This document shows, piece by piece, positions 32,001 through 36,803 of a DNA stretch of 36,803 nucleotides. The DNA is from Perkinsus chesapeaki ATCC PRA-425 (lineage: Eukaryota; Protista; Perkinsozoa): assembly GCA_013115145.1 (NCBI GenBank), contig JAAPAO010000359.1, forward strand, positions 1 to 36,803, given 5' to 3'. Position numbers and translations under genes: made by a program. The notes beneath the pieces are model-generated. The model saw only the letters and a program-made list of their open reading frames with translations. It was not told the origin of the DNA and searched no databases. How positions within the stretch are numbered: the first letter of the stretch is position 1; each line of letters opens with the position of its first letter.

Positions 32001-34342
32001 GCTCGCTTGCAATTAGCACTCTCGGTGCAGTTACTTCACTAAGCGACTTCTTTGTCGGTGTGCTCCCCTGGCACTCTTCGCCGACCTTCATGGACACTCC
32101 CGAAAGCTGAACTGGTTCTCTTATGGATGTCTTCCACCTAGGAAGCCTCGCAGGAGAGGAGGAGTTCCTCCTTTTACTCCTCCACCAGACATGAGAACCC
32201 GCGACGCTGTATGTATCGGGGCTCCTATCGGGGGTCAGATATTTATGTATAGTATTATATCATTTTATCAATATACTCATTAGGTCTTATCATAGATTGA
32301 GGCTACTAGCTTTTGTTTTATTAAGAGTTATGAAACCATTATTTGCTTTATTAGAAGCTTTATTAACTTCATAGATATAATTAAATAGATAATATAGAGT
32401 ATATTAGATAATACTAGCCCAGGTGCTCCTGCCTTTGCTACTTGCCAAACTCTCACCAACATTCAGTCTGAAGGACTGCTTCTTCCACATGCAACCTCAG
32501 AAGGAGTCCACAGCAAGGATCACAATGTAGGCAGAAGGAGAAGAAGAAGCTGGTATGATAATTATTCGGCAGTTACAAGGAGCTCACCCTCCCTAAGTGT
32601 ATGACTGTCGAGATATCTTTTTGTGGATCTAGCGAGAGGCAATTCGCAATTAAGGATTACTTGAACATTGGCAAGGAGATCGCCATGGCTCTTGCCGAGA
32701 TGATGTCGGTTTTGGGCCTACTCAGTGATGTAACATTCCTCTCATAGTGATTCCTCCACCGAGCTCCCCGATGGAATAACAGAACTCACCATTAAGAAAT
32801 ACATTAAACAGGCGGAAAGCGCAGCAGCAAATGATGCTGGTAGGTCAGAACTTTCAAGTTGGAGGAGTTACTGTTGAACGACACATTTTCCAGGAAGCGA
32901 CTCTGATCCGGAAGCCGACCTCAAGCGACCACCTGCCGGACCACTCGTCAAAGGACCGAGTGCAGCAGCCCAGGCGGCCGGCATTAAGTCAAGTCGAGTG
33001 GAAGCTCAGGATAATGGCAACAAAGACTCGACTGTGGCGCGCGGTCTGATTCTCGCATTAGGCTTGGATCCTTCCTGTGTTGTTACATTCCCGATGTAGG
33101 CCTAGGACTGACGAATACGTCGAGGTCGAGCTCGCAGCGTGTCATTCGTCCTTCACTCAAGACTAGCACAGTCGCCTTCGGTGAGTCTCGGGAGTTCACC
33201 TTCCCAAGGTACTTCCTAATTGATGGGTAGCCTTAGGCCCATCGAACGACCCATCTGACAAGCCCTTCGAAAGCTTGACTGCTCTGCGACGAAGTCGTAG
33301 CGCAGTATCACGGGGTGCCGTTGCTGGCGATGATTCTCTCAAGCTGCCACGAGGTCTACTTTACAGCAATCCCATGCTATTATTTGCATTTCACTTTTCA
33401 ACACCGTTTTAGGCTTATCTGGCGAACCATCCGTTGCGTCTCTGACGACAGTGGAGCTCGGTCAAGAGACTTTTAGCTTTGGAGAGAACAGGACAGTCGG
33501 GCATCGATCGGATCGGGCACTGATGTTCGCGCAGGCCCCTAAGCTTGCACTACTATCAGTACTCTTCTGTGGAGGGATGCTATATTAATTGGTTTGTCAG
33601 GGCAATACCTGTGTGGTGCGGAGCCACCCGCAGGGAACAGGAGGTCTTATGTTGTTACCTTCTGCCGCATCTACTCCTCTTCGGTGAGTCTGTTGTATGC
33701 ATTCGATGTACCCTCCCATAAGGTTCCCCGCAGCGGCAACAGGAAGAAGATCCCGGCCGGGACCTAAACAATACGACGATAGAGGATCTGTGGTCAACGC
33801 TGCATTCGGTCGTTCCGTTATCACTCGATTACCGCGTCTCAAGGAGATTGTCAGGGGCAAAGATGACAAGGAAGGCAGAAAGGTTCTCACTATTATCTTA
33901 TGGGGATATATTATGGTTTTATTCTGTAGTTCACTAACCTAAGTCAAGTGATGCAAGCTGGCTCTGGTCCGTCGCTTATCCCCAGAGTCGATGACGATGA
34001 CGAGGCTACTCTACTAGTCCCTCCAGCATCTCCCGCGAATAAGTGATTCTATTCCCATGATGTGGTGTTCACTAATTAGCAATGCTTTTCCACGCAGAGG
34101 CAGTCGCTAGAGTGCTTAACATTCCCTATACGAGGTTTTCTAGCCGCCCCAGTCAAAGCTACATGACACGAAAGGAACATACGACTGGTGAGTTATAGGG
34201 GAGAAAGGCTACAGGGAGCGGCTGTGACTGACCGATGCGTAAAATGGCTAACGAGTGCCCTAGCAAGTCGCGGCTCTCTATTATTTATAGAGTGCCCCAT
34301 GCTGAGTATCGGCACGGTGGTTGCCAAAGTTAGTTTTGATCA
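29002..34342 (+). CDS. Cytosolic carboxypeptidase (peptidase M14, CCP/AGBL/Nna1 tubulin deglutamylase family), many exons; both termini approximate
   Basis: FESRFESGNL, YDL..SPD...NTQWFYFRV, YFAYTYPYT, LCRTLAGNRVDVLTIT, ITAR|VHPGE (31713), PMLNPDGVVLGNYR..LSGRDLNRVW, ADLHGHSRK (32089), STARIT, TVEISFCG (catalytic Glu about 32610), GSDSDP. Confidence 0.9.
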
Positions 34343-36390
34343 ATGAAAAGCGGAGTGACTTGAAGCGCACGAACGAGTTTTAGCATTCGCTTTGTGTAGT
34401 TCCAGAATGCTCACGCCTCCTTGGGACGAGTGAGAAACAATGTAAAGAAATGGCCGAACGACCTATTTCCGGTACGACTTGACCCTAAAGTTCCAGACTC
34501 GCCTCGAGAGCTTACTTTGACACGGAAGGAAAAGGGTTAAAGAGTTCGACATGAAACGAACGCCCCGAAATGTCAAGCCTCAATATGTGCTGCCTCTAAG
34601 CCTGCCGCTACTCCGTGGAGATTGTACTGCAAGCGATTGAACTTTCTGACATCGAGTAAGGATAATATCAAGATACTGAGGAACCTTGACCGCCTTCACG
34701 AAAGACACTGGCGCGATCATCCCCGTAGGCTACGGGCCGTAGCTGCCTTTACTCGGAACTGAACATTCACTCATCTGACCAATAACGGCACGCGCGCCTA
34801 TTGAATAGTCACGGAACTATACAAGTGGGAACTTGGCATGGCAGGCGACGCTGAAACCTTCCCGAGACCGGAACGGAAAAGTGAGCAGATGGAGTCTTAT
34901 GGCGGCCGACAATTTGCACGTCTTGTTAAGCCAGCCGCAGCCTGCGGCCCGCAGGACTTGAGACCAACAGCATAATGGCGTCGGCATACAACTAAGTTTT
35001 GCACCACCCAATAGGTATCTCACAGCGCGCTAGGGCGAGCGATAGCCATCCAACTCGACAGTTTTCCTGTCCTAGCCCTTTTCGTAGCAATAACAGTAGC
35101 ACTCCTCGAGTTGTAGTCGCCATCTCACGTTACACGCAATATCTTGTGCTACACATGAACGGATTACCGATTATCGCGAGTCGGAGGAGGCATGAATGAT
35201 CGACAAGTGGACTCCTGAAGTCTTATCCTTAGTCTTAGTCTGGACTCTTATCCTGAAGTGGACCTAAAGCACGGGGTTGCCAGCAGCAACTTGCCGCTAC
35301 AATCACTAAGATAGTCGATAGCAAACTATCGGTTGCTGTACGCCCGAATGATGACGCGTGCTACAAGTATGGGCACCGATATAACTTAGACTAATGTAGG
35401 AGTCCTATAATAGGACGGAATTACTACGATAGATGAAGATAACACAGGACGCATAAACTTTATACGGAGCTATGCCTTATAGTACAAAAGCCGGGATGGC
35501 TTATCGATAGCATAGCGAGGCGTCGCGGTTGTGAAATAGGCGATTGATCGTAGTGAGTGTTACACCTTTCCAGCCGTTGCGTACGCGGAGTGTAACGACA
35601 CAACGTGTATAACGCACGCGTGCAGTATCCTAACGAAGCCGATCGATGCGACGACCGAGAGATCGTTCCTAACGATCATGCTTCATGCGGAGCAGGAATG
35701 TACCGCTGGCATGATTCATTCATTTGAACCACTCCACCTCCGACCCGGGAGATGTGCGTGGGTACATCAAATATATGTTAAAGCTTAGCCTTAAAGCCTT
35801 TAAGGCTGTAGCAGAGCCGCTGTACACGCGCGCATAACAGCGAACTTCACTAAGTGAAGTGTTATCGCTTGTGGCAACAGAGTTTGTCACTCGGTATCAT
35901 GTCTGGTCGATCAAGTCCGCGCCCTGTGTTTTCTTACCCCACACTCGTGTCACGGACCGGACCTTGAACTATAAAGAAGCAGCAGTGCCACTAACGCTGG
36001 CAATACTCGGCATTCCAGGCCAGCCTTGAAGGTCTCGAAAATTTCACCTTGATGCGCTGGAAAGTTTGCAGTACAGATCCATGTCACGGCGTAGTGCGCC
36101 AGGCGCACTTTTGTGCTGCTTATTGTGCGAGGTACAAACTGTACGCCGGTCGCCGGGCGGAATATACGACGTTAACGATAATTTGAACCTGCGCGCAACA
36201 TGAATCAATTTGCAATACAAACACGGATGCCGGGGATAGTAGGCAGCTTAGGCGCTCAACACGCATCGGAGGGCATTGCCCCGTCAAAGTCCGCTCCACT
36301 GCACCAGTGAGGCCGCGGGAAATTATGTGCAATATTGTTCATGGCGTGGGGCTCTAAGGACTGAATGAGAGCTATGCTGAAGTGCTATAG

Positions 36391-36417
36391 ATGCTTTTAT
36401 TTTCTGTGTGTTTCAGG
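36391..36417 (+). promoter_or_regulatory. Strong polypyrimidine tract plus AG (3' splice or trans-splice acceptor) upstream of the terminal ORF
   Basis: cttttattttctgtgtgtttcag ends about 41 nt before the ATG at 36459. Confidence 0.45.
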
Positions 36418-36458
36418 TTGGCCATCGCTTATCTTAATCGAGCGGGTATTCTCCTGTA

Positions 36459-36803
36459 ATGGACATCGTTCTGTGCGCCCTTCTCGCGGCTATCTTCACC
36501 GCTTTGAATGCCTCGGCTCAGTCGGATTGGTGTAAAACTCACAAAGCGAGAGATATTTACTCTAAAGAAACCCTCGGAGAACACTTCTTGCCTGAAGGTG
36601 GTATGAGAATGGTGGACTTTGCCTTTGATAATAACGGTAACTGGTTTGTTGCTGGAGAAGAGATGACAACAGGTCTCTACAAAGCTTGGCGTGTGGCTTA
36701 CTCGGCGAAGAAGACTGACTTAGTCTTCGACGGCCGTGCCGAGTCGATTGACGTGTACTACCAGAGGGCTGATGCAACCTTTGTCTTTGCCATTGTTGAC
36801 AAT
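36459..36803 (+). CDS. Secreted protein, N-terminal part only (runs off the window; absent from the ORF track); possible beta-propeller
   Basis: 115 open codons from ATG 36459 to the window edge: MDIVLCALLAAIFTALNASA-QSDWCKTHKARDIYSKETLGEHFLPEGGMRMVDFAFDNNGNWFVAGEE.... Classical signal peptide with an A-S-A cleavage site. Confidence 0.8.
   Translation, partial: MDIVLCALLAAIFTALNASAQSDWCKTHKARDIYSKETLGEHFLPEGGMRMVDFAFDNNGNWFVAGEEMTTGLYKAWRVAYSAKKTDLVFDGRAESIDVYYQRADATFVFAIVDN

Noticed and set aside
34350-36400. Short ORFs (34817-35023, 34999-35199, 36120-36332) and a search for tRNA, rRNA, snRNA, SRP and RNase P motifs
   Set aside because: The ORFs lack coding-like features. I saw no T-loop in a cloverleaf context, U6 ACAGAGA box, U2 branch-pairing site or other hallmark by eye.
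36562-36777. 71-aa minus-strand ORF
   Set aside because: Antisense shadow of the signal-peptide ORF starting at 36459.
1-36803. Prokaryote-type defence, toxin or mobile-element system
   Set aside because: The genes are spliceosomal-intron-rich eukaryotic genes. No transposase, reverse transcriptase, integrase, LTR or terminal inverted repeat pair was recognisable.

Overview
Gene-dense eukaryotic DNA with many short (about 40-70 nt) GT-AG introns. The style and the eIF4E signature point to a perkinsid/dinoflagellate-lineage alveolate such as Perkinsus; this is an inference, not a database result. Recognisable genes: a FAIM-like beta-domain protein, an eIF4E, an intronless Ser/Thr kinase with a DFN motif, an intronless ~2,070-aa BLTP2/Hobbit/FMP27-like lipid-transfer protein, an Asp/Asn beta-hydroxylase (AspH)-like protein, a probable mitochondrial protein, four Dabb (stress-responsive A/B barrel) paralogues, eIF3d, a NEK-like kinase, an LC8 dynein light chain, a cytosolic carboxypeptidase (CCP/AGBL) and a secreted protein cut off by the window end. 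The confidently identified genes fall into four same-strand blocks. Best leads: the Dabb array with different N-terminal targeting and a gene-conversion tract; the AspH-like protein that keeps its metal ligands but lacks all four 2-oxoglutarate-binding residues; the BLTP2-like ORF whose membrane anchor has no upstream AUG; an identical 19-mer in two eIF3d introns; and a gene-free, hairpin-dense tract at 35.3-35.9 kb. All exon models were built by hand and family calls rest on remembered motifs. I found no rRNA, tRNA, CRISPR array or recognisable transposase.
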